Origin: Auanema rhodensis
Lineage: Eukaryota; Animalia; Nematoda
Length of the DNA stretch: 64,000 nt
Direction of reading: 5' to 3'
Assembly: GCA_964057225.1 (NCBI GenBank)
Contig: OZ059900.1
Location: 22,196,001 to 22,260,000, forward strand
Both the position numbers and the translations under genes were made by a program. Shown here piece by piece: positions 27,301-42,300 of this stretch; within the stretch, counting starts at the first letter, position 1, and the number at the start of each line of letters is the position of its first letter. The notes beneath the pieces were generated by a model that saw only the letters and a program-made list of their open reading frames with translations, did not search any database and was not told the origin of the DNA.

Positions 27301-30300
27301 TTGCATTTGACGACTCATATGAACAAAAATCGATTTAATCAATATTAGCCATAAGGGGCGTGCCCTCAGAATATGCTAATTTCCTAAACTTTCTAACCCC
27401 TGTTTTTTTGTCGTGAAAGTGGAACTAGACGTTGTACGAACAATTTTGAGCTAGGTTTCATTGACATTGCATGAGTTTGAACACATGAAATCGTAAGTCA
27501 AAACCTTGTTTACAGCGAAATTTCCAAAAACTGGTTTTCCAGCATAATAAAATATTTCTCATGGGAAATACTGTGTTTTTGTATTTTTCTAGTGTTCAGC
27601 ATGTAAAATGCTTCATTTTAGTATGTAACACGCTGAAATTCGTTGCATTTGACGACTCATATGAACAAAAATCGATTTAATCAATATTAGCCATAAGGGG
27701 CGTGCCCTCAGAATATGCTAATTTCCTTAATTTTCTAACCCCTGTTTTTTTGTCGTGAAAGTGGAACTAGACGTTGTACGAACAATTTTGAGCTAGGTTT
27801 CATTGACATTGCATGAGTTTGAACACATGAAATCGTAAGTCAAAACCTTGTTTACAGCGAAATTTCCAAAAACTGGTTTTCCAGCATAATAAAATATTTC
27901 TCATGGGAAATACTGTGTTTTTGTATTTTTCTAGTGTTCAGCATGTAAAATGCTTCATTTTAGTATGTAACACGCTGAAATTCGTTGCATTTGACGACTC
28001 ATATGAACAAAAATCGATTTAATCAATATTAGCCATAAGGGGCGTGCCCTCAGAATATGCTAATTTCCTTAATTTTCTAACCCCTGTTTTTTTGTCGTGA
28101 AAGTGGAACTAGACGTTGTACGAACAATTTTGAGCTAGGTTTCATTGACATTGCATGAGTTTGAACACATGAAATCGTAAGTCAAAACCTTGTTTACAGC
28201 GAAAATTCCAAAAACTGGTTTTCCAGCATAATAAAATATTTCTCATGGGAAATACTGTGTTTTTGTATTTTTCTAGTGTTCAGCATGTAAAATGCTTCAT
28301 TTTAGTATGTAACACGCTGAAATTCGTTGCATTTGACTACTCATATGAACAAAAATCGATTTAATCAATATTAGCCATAAGGGGCGTGCCCTCAGAATAT
28401 GCTAATTTCATTAATTTTCTAACCCCTGTTTTTTTGTCGTGAAAGTGGAACTAGACGTTGTACAAACAATTTTGAGCTAGGTTTCATTGACATTGCATGA
28501 GTTTGAACACATGAAATCGTAAGTCAAAACCTTGTTTACAGCGAAATTTCCAAAAACTGGTTTTCCAGCATAATAAAATATTTCTCATGAGAAATACTGT
28601 GTTTTTGTATTTTTCTAGTGTTCAGCATGTAAAATGCTTAATTTTAGTATGTAACACGATGAAATTCGTTGCATTTGACGACTCATATGAACAAAAATCG
28701 ATTTAATCAATATTAGCCATAAGGGGCGTGCCCTCAGAATATGCTAATTTCATTAATTTTCTAACCCCTGTTTTTTTGTCGTGAAAGTGGAACTAGACGT
28801 TGTAGGAACAATTTTGAGCTAGGTTTCATTGACATTGCATGAGTTTGAACACATGAAATCGTAAGTCAAAACCTTGTTTACAGGGAAAATTCCAAAAACT
28901 GGTTTTCCAGCATAATAAAATATTTCTCATGGGAAATACTGTGTTTTTGTATTTTTCTAGTGTTCAGCATGTAAAATGCTTCATTTTAGTATGTAACACG
29001 CTGAAATTCGTTGCATTTGACGACTCATATGAACAAAAATCGATTTAATCAATATTAGCCATAAGGGGCGTGCCCTCAGAATATGCTAATTTCCTTAATT
29101 TTCTAACCCCTGTTTTTTTGTCGTGAAAGTGGAACTAGACGTTGTACGAACAATTTTGAGCTAGGTTTCATTGACATTGCATGAGTTTGAACACATGAAA
29201 TCGTAAGTCAAAACCTTGTTTACAGCGAAAATTCCAAAAACTGGTTTTCCAGCATAATAAAATATTTCTCATGGGAAATACTGTGTTTTTGTATTTTTCT
29301 AGTGTTCAGCATGTAAAATACTTCATTTTAGTATGTAACACGCTGAAATTCGTTGCATTTGACGACTCATATGAACAAAAATCGATTTAATCAATATTAG
29401 CCATAAGGGGCGTGCCCTCAGAATATGCTAATTTCCTAAATTTTCTAACCCCTGTTTTTTTGTCGTGAAAGTGGAACTAGACGTTGTACGAACAATTTTG
29501 AGCTAGGTTTCATTGACATTGCATGAGTTTGAACACATGAAATCGTAAGTCAAAACCTTGTTTACAGCGAAATTTCCAAAAACTGGTTTTCCAGCATAAT
29601 AAAATATTTCTCATGGGAAATACTGTGTTTTTGTATTTTTCTAGTGTTCAGCATGTAAAATGCTTCATTTTAGTATGTAACACGCTGAAATTCGTTGCAT
29701 TTGACGACTCATATGAACAAAAATCGATTTAATCAATATTAGCCATAAGGGGCGTGCCCTCAGAATATGCTAATTTCCTTAATTTTCTAACCCCTGTTTT
29801 TTTGTCGTGAAAGTGGAACTAGACGTTGTACGAACAATTTTGAGCTAGGTTTCATTGACATTGCATGAGTTTGAACACATGAAATCGTAAGTCAAAACCT
29901 TGTTTACAGCGAAAATTCCAAAAACTGGTTTTCCAGCATAATAAAATATTTCTCATGGGAAATACTGTGTTTTTGTATTTTTCTAGTGTTCAGCATGTAA
30001 AATGCTTCATTTTAGTATGTAACACGCTGAAATTCGTTGCATTTGACTACTCATATGAACAAAAATCGATTTAATCAATATTAGCCATAAGGGGCGTGCC
30101 CTCAGAATATGCTAATTTCCTTAATTTTCTAACCCCTGTTTTTTTGTCGTGAAAGTGGAACTAGACGTTGTACAAACAATTTTGAGCTAGGTTTCATTGA
30201 CATTGCATGAGTTTGAACACATGAAATCGTAAGTCAAAACCTTGTTTACAGCGAAATTTCCAAAAACTGGTTTTCCAGCATAATAAAATATTTCTCATGA

Positions 30301-33300
30301 GAAATACTGTGTTTTTGTATTTTTCTAGTGTTCAGCATGTAAAATGCTTAATTTTAGTATGTAACACGATGAAATTCGTTGCATTTGACGACTCATATGA
30401 ACAAAAATCGATTTAATCAATATTAGCCATAAGGGGCGTGCCCTCAGAATATGCTAATTTCATTAATTTTCTAACCCCTGTTTTTTTGTCGTGAAAGTGG
30501 AACTAGACGTTGTACGAACAATTTTGAGCTAGGTTTCATTGACATTGCATGAGTTTGAACACATGAAATCGTAAGTCAAAACCTTGTTTACAGCGAAATT
30601 TCCAAAAACTGGTTTTCCAGCATAATAAAATATTTCTCATGGGAAATACTGTGTTTTTGTATTTTTCTAGTGTTCAGCATGTAAAATGCTTCATTTTAGT
30701 ATGTAACACGCTGAAATTCGTTGCATTTGACGACTCATATGAACAAAAATCGATTTAATCAATATTAGCCATAAGGGGCGTGCCCTCAGAATATGCTAAT
30801 TTCCTTAATTTTCTAACCCCTGTTTTTTTGTCGTGAAAGTGGAACTAGACGTTGTACGAACAATTTTGAGCTAGGTTTCATTGACATTGCATGAGTTTGA
30901 ACACATGAAATCGTAAGTCAAAACCTTGTTTACAGCGAAAATTCCAAAAACTGGTTTTCCAGCATAATAAAATATTTCTCATGGGAAATACTGTGTTTTT
31001 GTATTTTTCTAGTGTTCAGCATGTAAAATGCTTCATTTTAGTATGTAACACGCTGAAATTCGTTGCATTTGACTACTCATATGAACAAAAATCGATTTAA
31101 TCAATATTAGCCATAAGGGGCGTGCCCTCAGAATATGCTAATTTCCTTAATTTTCTAACCCCTGTTTTTTTGTCGTGAAAGTGGAACTAGACGTTGTACA
31201 AACAATTTTGAGCTAGGTTTCATTGACATTGCATGAGTTTGAACACATGAAATCGTAAGTCAAAACCTTGTTTACAGCGAAATTTCCAAAAACTGGTTTT
31301 CCAGCATAATAAAATATTTCTCATGAGAAATACTGTGTTTTTGTATTTTTCTAGTGTTCAGCATGTAAAATGCTTAATTTTAGTATGTAACACGATGAAA
31401 TTCGTTGCATTTGACGACTCATATGAACAAAAATCGATTTAATCAATATTAGCCATAAGGGGCGTGCCCTCAGAATATGCTAATTTCATTAATTTTCTAA
31501 CCCCTGTTTTTTTGTCGTGAAAGTGGAACTAGACGTTGTAGGAACAATTTTGAGCTAGGTTTCATTGACATTGCATGAGTTTGAACACATGAAATCGTAA
31601 GTCAAAACCTTGTTTACAGCGAAATTTCCAAAAACTGGTTTTCCAGCATAATAAAATATTTCTCATGGGAAATACTGTGTTTTTGTATTTTTCTAGTGTT
31701 CAGCATGTAAAATGCTTCATTTTAGTATGTAACACGCTGAAATTCGTTGCATTTGACGACTCATATGAACAAAAATCGATTTAATCAATATTAGCCATAA
31801 GGGGCGTGCCCTCAGAATATGCTAATTTCCTTAATTTTCTAACCCCTGTTTTTTTGTCGTGAAAGTGGAACTAGACGTTGTACGAACAATTTTGAGCTAG
31901 GTTTCATTGACATTGCATGAGTTTGAACACATGAAATCGTAAGTCAAAACCTTGTTTACAGCGAAAATTCCAAAAACTGGTTTTCCAGCATAATAAAATA
32001 TTTCTCATGGGAAATACTGTGTTTTTGTATTTTTCTAGTGTTCAGCATGTAAAATGCTTCATTTTAGTATGTAACACGCTGAAATTCGTTGCATTTGACT
32101 ACTCATATGAACAAAAATCGATTTAATCAATATTAGCCATAAGGGGCGTGCCCTCAGAATATGCTAATTTCCTTAATTTTCTAACCCCTGTTTTTTTGTC
32201 GTGAAAGTGGAACTAGACGTTGTACAAACAATTTTGAGCTAGGTTTCATTGACATTGCATGAGTTTGAACACATGAAATCGTAAGTCAAAACCTTGTTTA
32301 CAGCGAAATTTCCAAAAACTGGTTTTCCAGCATAATAAAATATTTCTCATGAGAAATACTGTGTTTTTGTATTTTTCTAGTGTTCAGCATGTAAAATGCT
32401 TCATTTTAGTATGTAACACGATGAAATTCGTTGCATTTGACGACTCATATGAACAAAAATCGATTTAATCAATATTAGCCATAAGGGGCGTGCCCTCAGA
32501 ATATGCTAATTTCATTAATTTTCTAACCCCTGTTTTTTTGTCGTGAAAGTGGAACTAGACGTTGTAGGAACAATTTTGAGCTAGGTTTCATTGACATTGC
32601 ATGAGTTTGAACACATGAAATCGTAAGTCAAAACCTTGTTTACAGCGAAATTTCCAAAAACTGGTTTTCCAGCATAATAAAATATTTCTCATGGGAAATA
32701 CTGTGTTTTTGTATTTTTCTAGTGTTCAGCATGTAAAATGCTTAATTTTAGTATGTAACACGATGAAATTCGTTGCATTTGACGACTCATATGAACAAAA
32801 ATCGATTTAATCAATATTAGCCATAAGGGGCGTGCCCTCAGAATATGCTAATTTCATTAATTTTCTAACCCCTGTTTTTTTGTCGTGAAAGTGGAACTAG
32901 ACGTTGTACGAACAATTTTGAGCTAGGTTTCATTGACATTGCATGAGTTTGAACACATGAAATCGTAAGTCAAAACCTTGTTTACAGCGAAATTTCCAAA
33001 AACTGGTTTTCCAGCATAATAAAATATTTCTCATGGGAAATACTGTGTTTTTGTATTTTTCTAGTGTTCAGCATGTAAAATGCTTCATTTTAGTATGTAA
33101 CACGCTGAAATTCGTTGCATTTGACGACTCATATGAACAAAAATCGATTTAATCAATATTAGCCATAAGGGGCGTGCCCTCAGAATATGCTAATTTCCTT
33201 AATTTTCTAACCCCTGTTTTTTTGTCGTGAAAGTGGAACTAGACGTTGTACAAACAATTTTGAGCTAGGTTTCATTGACATTGCATGAGTTTGAACACAT

Positions 33301-36300
33301 GAAATCGTAAGTCAAAACCTTGTTTACAGCGAAATTTCCAAAAACTGGTTTTCCAGCATAATAAAATATTTCTCATGAGAAATACTGTGTTTTTGTATTT
33401 TTCTAGTGTTCAGCATGTAAAATGCTTAATTTTAGTATGTAACACGATGAAATTCGTTGCATTTGACGACTCATATGAACAAAAATCGATTTAATCAATA
33501 TTAGCCATAAGGGGCGTGCCCTCAGAATATGCTAATTTCATTAATTTTCTAACCCCTGTTTTTTTGTCGTGAAAGTGGAACTAGACGTTGTAGGAACAAT
33601 TTTGAGCTAGGTTTCATTGACATTGCATGAGTTTGAACACATGAAATCGTAAGTCAAAACCTTGTTTACAGCGAAATTTCCAAAAACTGGTTTTCCAGCA
33701 TAATAAAATATTTCTCATGGGAAATACTGTGTTTTTGTATTTTTCTAGTGTTCAGCATGTAAAATGCTTCATTTTAGTATGTAACACGCTGAAATTCGTT
33801 GCATTTGACGACTCATATGAACAAAAATCGATTTAATCAATATTAGCCATAAGGGGCGTGCCCTCAGAATATGCTAATTTCCTTAATTTTCTAACCCCTG
33901 TTTTTTTGTCGTGAAAGTGGAACTAGACGTTGTACGAACAATTTTGAGCTAGGTTTCATTGACATTGCATGAGTTTGAACACATGAAATCGTAAGTCAAA
34001 ACCTTGTTTACAGCGAAAATTCCAAAAACTGGTTTTCCAGCATAATAAAATATTTCTCATGGGAAATACTGTGTTTTTGTATTTTTCTAGTGTTCAGCAT
34101 GTAAAATGCTTCATTTTAGTATGTAACACGCTGAAATTCGTTGCATTTGACTACTCATATGAACAAAAATCGATTTAATCAATATTAGCCATAAGGGGCG
34201 TGCCCTCAGAATATGCTAATTTCCTTAATTTTCTAACCCCTGTTTTTTTGTCGTGAAAGTGGAACTAGACGTTGTACAAACAATTTTGAGCTAGGTTTCA
34301 TTGACATTGCATGAGTTTGAACACATGAAATCGTAAGTCAAAACCTTGTTTACAGCGAAATTTCCAAAAACTGGTTTTCCAGCATAATAAAATATTTCTC
34401 ATGAGAAATACTGTGTTTTTGTATTTTTCTAGTGTTCAGCATGTAAAATGCTTCATTTTAGTATGTAACACGATGAAACTCGTTGCATTTGACGACTCAT
34501 ATGAACAAAAATCGATTTAATCAATATTAGCCAAAGGGGCGTGCCCTCAGAATATGCTAATTTCATTAATTTTCTAACCCCTGTTTTTTTGTCGTGAAAG
34601 TGGAACTAGACGTTGTAGGAACAATTTTGAGCTAGGTTTCATTGACATTGCATGAGTTTGAACACATGAAATCGTAAGTCAAAACCTTGTTTACAGCGAA
34701 ATTTCCAAAAACTGGTTTTCCAGCATAATAAAATATTTCTCATGGGAAATACTGTGTTTTTGTATTTTTCTAGTGTTCAGCATGTAAAATACTTCATTTT
34801 AGTATGTAACACGCTGAAATTCGTTGCATTTGACGACTCATATGAACAAAAATCGATTTAATCAATATTAGCCATAAGGGGCGTGCCCTCAGAATATGCT
34901 AATTTCCTAAATTTTCTAACCCCTGTTTTTTTGTCGTGAAAGTGGAACTAGACGTTGTACGAACAATTTTGAGCTAGGTTTCATTGACATTGCATGAGTT
35001 TGAACACATGAAATCGTAAGTCAAAACCTTGTTTACAGCGAAATTTCCAAAAACTGGTTTTCCAGCATAATAAAATATTTCTCATGGGAAATACTGTGTT
35101 TTTGTATTTTTCTAGTGTTCAGCATGTAAAATGCTTCATTTTAGTATGTAACACGCTGAAATTCGTTGCATTTGACGACTCATATGAACAAAAATCGATT
35201 TAATCAATATTAGCCATAAGGGGCGTGCCCTCAGAATATGCTAATTTCCTTAATTTTCTAACCCCTGTTTTTTTGTCGTGAAAGTGGAACTAGACGTTGT
35301 ACGAACAATTTTGAGCTAGGTTTCATTGACATTGCATGAGTTTGAACACATGAAATCGTAAGTCAAAACCTTGTTTACAGCGAAAATTCCAAAAACTGGT
35401 TTTCCAGCATAATAAAATATTTCTCATGGGAAATACTGTGTTTTTGTATTTTTCTAGTGTTCAGCATGTAAAATGCTTCATTTTAGTATGTAACACGCTG
35501 AAATTCGTTGCATTTGACTACTCATATGAACAAAAATCGATTTAATCAATATTAGCCATAAGGGGCGTGCCCTCAGAATATGCTAATTTCCTAAATTTTC
35601 TAACCCCTGTTTTTTTGTCGTGAAAGTGGAACTAGACGTTGTACGAACAATTTTGAGCTAGGTTTCATTGACATTGCATGAGTTTGAACACATGAAATCG
35701 TAAGTCAAAACCTTGTTTACAGCGAAAATTCCAAAAACTGGTTTTCCAGCATAATAAAATATTTCTCATGGGAAATACTGTGTTTTTGTATTTTTCTAGT
35801 GTTCAGCATGTAAAATGCTTCATTTTAGTATGTAACACGCTGAAATTCGTTGCATTTGACTACTCATATGAACAAAAATCGATTTAATCAATATTAGCCA
35901 TAAGGGGCGTGCCCTCAGAATATGCTAATTTCCTTAATTTTCTAACCCCTGTTTTTTTGTCGTGAAAGTGGAACTAGACGTTGTACAAACAATTTTGAGC
36001 TAGGTTTCATTGACATTGCATGAGTTTGAACACATGAAATCGTAAGTCAAAACCTTGTTTACAGCGAAATTTCCAAAAACTGGTTTTCCAGCATAATAAA
36101 ATATTTCTCATGAGAAATACTGTGTTTTTGTATTTTTCTAGTGTTCAGCATGTAAAATGCTTAATTTTAGTATGTAACACGATGAAATTCGTTGCATTTG
36201 ACGACTCATATGAACAAAAATCGATTTAATCAATATTAGCCATAAGGGGCGTGCCCTCAGAATATGCTAATTTCCTAAATTTTCTAACCCCTGTTTTTTT

Positions 36301-39300
36301 GTCGTGAAAGTGGAACTAGACGTTGTACGAACAATTTTGAGCTAGGTTTCATTGACATTGCATGAGTTTGAACACATGAAATCGTAAGTCAAAACCTTGT
36401 TTACAGCGAAATTTCCAAAAACTGGTTTTCCAGCATAATAAAATATTTCTCATGGGAAATACTGTGTTTTTGTATTTTTCTAGTGTTCAGCATGTAAAAT
36501 GCTTCATTTTAGTATGTAACACGCTGAAATTCGTTGCATTTGACGACTCATATGAACAAAAATCGATTTAATCAATATTAGCCATAAGGGGCGTGCCCTC
36601 AGAATATGCTAATTTCCTTAATTTTCTAACCCCTGTTTTTTTGTCGTGAAAGTGGAACTAGACGTTGTACGAACAATTTTGAGCTAGGTTTCATTGACAT
36701 TGCATGAGTTTGAACACATGAAATCGTAAGTCAAAACCTTGTTTACAGCGAAAATTCCAAAAACTGGTTTTCCAGCATAATAAAATATTTCTCATGGGAA
36801 ATACTGTGTTTTTGTATTTTTCTAGTGTTCAGCATGTAAAATGCTTCATTTTAGTATGTAACACGCTGAAATTCGTTGCATTTGACTACTCATATGAACA
36901 AAAATCGATTTAATCAATATTAGCCATAAGGGGCGTGCCCTCAGAATATGCTAATTTCCTAAATTTTCTAACCGCTGTTTTTTTGTCGTGAAAGTGGAAC
37001 TAGACGTTGTACGAACAATTTTGAGCTAGGTTTCATTGACATTGCATGAGTTTGAACACATGAAATCGTAAGTCAAAACCTTGTTTACAGCGAAAATTCC
37101 AAAAACTGGTTTTCCAGCATAATAAAATATTTCTCATGGGAAATACTGTGTTTTTGTATTTTTCTAGTGTTCAGCATGTAAAATGCTTCATTTTAGTATG
37201 TAACACGCTGAAATTCGTTGCATTTGACTACTCATATGAACAAAAATCGATTTAATCAATATTAGCCATAAGGGGCGTGCCCTCAGAATATGCTAATTTC
37301 CTTAATTTTCTAACCCCTGTTTTTTTGTCGTGAAAGTGGAACTAGACGTTGTACAAACAATTTTGAGCTAGGTTTCATTGACATTGCATGAGTTTGAACA
37401 CATGAAATCGTAAGTCAAAACCTTGTTTACAGCGAAATTTCCAAAAACTGGTTTTCCAGCATAATAAAATATTTCTCATGAGAAATACTGTGTTTTTGTA
37501 TTTTTCTAGTGTTCAGCATGTAAAATGCTTAATTTTAGTATGTAACACGATGAAATTCGTTGCATTTGACGACTCATATGAACAAAAATCGATTTAATCA
37601 ATATTAGCCATAAGGGGCGTGCCCTCAGAATATGCTAATTTCATTAATTTTCTAACCCCTGTTTTTTTGTCGTGAAAGTGGAACTAGACGTTGTAGGAAC
37701 AATTTTGAGCTAGGTTTCATTGACATTGCATGAGTTTGAACACATGAAATCGTAAGTCAAAACCTTGTTTACAGCGAAATTTCCAAAAACTGGTTTTCCA
37801 GCATAATAAAATATTTCTCATGGGAAATACTGTGTTTTTGTATTTTTCTAGTGTTCAGCATGTAAAATGCTTCATTTTAGTATGTAACACGCTGAAATTC
37901 GTTGCATTTGACGACTCATATGAACAAAAATCGATTTAATCAATATTAGCCATAAGGGGCGTGCCCTCAGAATATGCTAATTTCCTTAATTTTCTAACCC
38001 CTGTTTTTTTGTCGTGAAAGTGGAACTAGACGTTGTACGAACAATTTTGAGCTAGGTTTCATTGACATTGCATGAGTTTGAACACATGAAATCGTAAGTC
38101 AAAACCTTGTTTACAGCGAAAATTCCAAAAACTGGTTTTCCAGCATAATAAAATATTTCTCATGGGAAATACTGTGTTTTTGTATTTTTCTAGTGTTCAG
38201 CATGTAAAATGCTTCATTTTAGTATGTAACACGCTGAAATTCGTTGCATTTGACTACTCATATGAACAAAAATCGATTTAATCAATATTAGCCATAAGGG
38301 GCGTGCCCTCAGAATATGCTAATTTCCTTAATTTTCTAACCCCTGTTTTTTTGTCGTGAAAGTGGAACTAGACGTTGTACAAACAATTTTGAGCTAGGTT
38401 TCATTGACATTGCATGAGTTTGAACACATGAAATCGTAAGTCAAAACCTTGTTTACAGCGAAATTTCCAAAAACTGGTTTTCCAGCATAATAAAATATTT
38501 CTCATGAGAAATACTGTGTTTTTGTATTTTTCTAGTGTTCAGCATGTAAAATGCTTCATTTTAGTATGTAACACGCTGAAATTCGTTGCATTTGACGACT
38601 CATATGAACAAAAATCGATTTAATCAATATTAGCCATAAGGGGCGTGCCCTCAGAATATGCTAATTTCATTAATTTTCTAACCCCTGTTTTTTTGTCGTG
38701 AAAGTGGAACTAGACGTTGTACGAACAATTTTGAGCTAGGTTTCATTGACATTGCATGAGTTTGAACACATGAAATCGTAAGTCAAAACCTTGTTTACAG
38801 CGAAATTTCCAAAAACTGGTTTTCCAGCATAATAAAATATTTCTCATGGGAAATACTGTGTTTTTGTATTTTTCTAGTGTTCAGCATGTAAAATGCTTCA
38901 TTTTAGTATGTAACACGCTGAAATTCGTTGCATTTGACGACTCATATGAACAAAAATCGATTTAATCAATATTAGCCATAAGGGGCGTGCCCTCAGAATA
39001 TGCTAATTTCCTTAATTTTCTAACCCCTGTTTTTTTGTCGTGAAAGTGGAACTAGACGTTGTACGAACAATTTTGAGCTAGGTTTCATTGACATTGCATG
39101 AGTTTGAACACATGAAATCGTAAGTCAAAACCTTGTTTACAGCGAAAATTCCAAAAACTGGTTTTCCAGCATAATAAAATATTTCTCATGGGAAATACTG
39201 TGTTTTTGTATTTTTCTAGTGTTCAGCATGTAAAATGCTTCATTTTAGTATGTAACACGCTGAAATTCGTTGCATTTGACTACTCATATGAACAAAAATC

Positions 39301-42300
39301 GATTTAATCAATATTAGCCATAAGGGGCGTGCCCTCAGAATATGCTAATTTCCTTAATTTTCTAACCCCTGTTTTTTTGTCGTGAAAGTGGAACTAGACG
39401 TTGTACAAACAATTTTGAGCTAGGTTTCATTGACATTGCATGAGTTTGAACACATGAAATCGTAAGTCAAAACCTTGTTTACAGCGAAATTTCCAAAAAC
39501 TGGTTTTCCAGCATAATAAAATATTTCTCATGAGAAATACTGTGTTTTTGTATTTTTCTAGTGTTCAGCATGTAAAATGCTTAATTTTAGTATGTAACAC
39601 GATGAAATTCGTTGCATTTGACGACTCATATGAACAAAAATCGATTTAATCAATATTAGCCATAAGGGGCGTGCCCTCAGAATATGCTAATTTCATTAAT
39701 TTTCTAACCCCTGTTTTTTTGTCGTGAAAGTGGAACTAGACGTTGTAGGAACAATTTTGAGCTAGGTTTCATTGACATTGCATGAGTTTGAACACATGAA
39801 ATCGTAAGTCAAAACCTTGTTTACAGCGAAATTTCCAAAAACTGGTTTTCCAGCATAATAAAATATTTCTCATGGGAAATACTGTGTTTTTGTATTTTTC
39901 TAGTGTTCAGCATGTAAAATGCTTCATTTTAGTATGTAACACGCTGAAATTCGTTGCATTTGACGACTCATATGAACAAAAATCGATTTAATCAATATTA
40001 GCCATAAGGGGCGTGCCCTCAGAATATGCTAATTTCCTTAATTTTCTAACCCCTGTTTTTTTGTCGTGAAAGTGGAACTAGACGTTGTACGAACAATTTT
40101 GAGCTAGGTTTCATTGACATTGCATGAGTTTGAACACATGAAATCGTAAGTCAAAACCTTGTTTACAGCGAAAATTCCAAAAACTGGTTTTCCAGCATAA
40201 TAAAATATTTCTCATGGGAAATACTGTGTTTTTGTATTTTTCTAGTGTTCAGCATGTAAAATGCTTCATTTTAGTATGTAACACGCTGAAATTCGTTGCA
40301 TTTGACTACTCATATGAACAAAAATCGATTTAATCAATATTAGCCATAAGGGGCGTGCCCTCAGAATATGCTAATTTCCTTAATTTTCTAACCCCTGTTT
40401 TTTTGTCGTGAAAGTGGAACTAGACGTTGTACAAACAATTTTGAGCTAGGTTTCATTGACATTGCATGAGTTTGAACACATGAAATCGTAAGTCAAAACC
40501 TTGTTTACAGTGAAATTTCCAAAAACTGGTTTTCCAGCATAATAAAATATTTCTCATGAGAAATACTGTGTTTTTGTATTTTTCTAGTGTTCAGCATGTA
40601 AAATGCTTCATTTTAGTATGTAACACGATGAAATTCGTTGCATTTGACGACTCATATGAACAAAAATCGATTTAATCAATATTAGCCATAAGGGGCGTGC
40701 CCTCAGAATATGCTAATTTCATTAATTTTCTAACCCCTGTTTTTTTGTCGTGAAAGTGGAACTAGACGTTGTAGGAACAATTTTGAGCTAGGTTTCATTG
40801 ACATTGCATGAGTTTGAACACATGAAATCGTAAGTCAAAACCTTGTTTACAGCGAAATTTCCAAAAACTGGTTTTCCAGCATAATAAAATATTTCTCATG
40901 GGAAATACTGTGTTTTTGTATTTTTCTAGTGTTCAGCATGTAAAATACTTCATTTTAGTATGTAACACGCTGAAATTCGTTGCATTTGACGACTCATATG
41001 AACAAAAATCGATTTAATCAATATTAGCCATAAGGGGCGTGCCCTCAGAATATGCTAATTTCCTAAATTTTCTAACCCCTGTTTTTTTGTCGTGAAAGTG
41101 GAACTAGACGTTGTACGAACAATTTTGAGCTAGGTTTCATTGACATTGCATGAGTTTGAACACATGAAATCGTAAGTCAAAACCTTGTTTACAGCGAAAT
41201 TTCCAAAAACTGGTTTTCCAGCATAATAAAATATTTCTCATGGGAAATACTGTGTTTTTGTATTTTTCTAGTGTTCAGCATGTAAAATGCTTCATTTTAG
41301 TATGTAACACGCTGAAATTCGTTGCATTTGACGACTCATATGAACAAAAATCGATTTAATCAATATTAGCCATAAGGGGCGTGCCCTCAGAATATGCTAA
41401 TTTCCTTAATTTTCTAACCCCTGTTTTTTTGTCGTGAAAGTGGAACTAGACGTTGTACGAACAATTTTGAGCTAGGTTTCATTGACATTGCATGAGTTTG
41501 AACACATGAAATCGTAAGTCAAAACCTTGTTTACAGCGAAAATTCCAAAAACTGGTTTTCCAGCATAATAAAATATTTCTCATGGGAAATACTGTGTTTT
41601 TGTATTTTTCTAGTGTTCAGCATGTAAAATGCTTCATTTTAGTATGTAACACGCTGAAATTCGTTGCATTTGACTACTCATATGAACAAAAATCGATTTA
41701 ATCAATATTAGCCATAAGGGGCGTGCCCTCAGAATATGCTAATTTCCTAAATTTTCTAACCCCTGTTTTTTTGTCGTGAAAGTGGAACTAGACGTTGTAC
41801 GAACAATTTTGAGCTAGGTTTCATTGACATTGCATGAGTTTGAACACATGAAATCGTAAGTCAAAACCTTGTTTACAGCGAAAATTCCAAAAACTGGTTT
41901 TCCAGCATAATAAAATATTTCTCATGGGAAATACTGTGTTTTTGTATTTTTCTAGTGTTCAGCATGTAAAATGCTTCATTTTAGTATGTAACACGCTGAA
42001 ATTCGTTGCATTTGACTACTCATATGAACAAAAATCGATTTAATCAATATTAGCCATAAGGGGCGTGCCCTCAGAATATGCTAATTTCCTTAATTTTCTA
42101 ACCCCTGTTTTTTTGTCGTGAAAGTGAAACTAGACGTTGTACAAACAATTTTGAGCTAGGTTTCATTGACATTGCATGAGTTTGAACACATGAAATCGTA
42201 AGTCAAAACCTTGTTTACAGCGAAATTTCCAAAAACTGGTTTTCCAGCATAATAAAATATTTCTCATGAGAAATACTGTGTTTTTGTATTTTTCTAGTGT

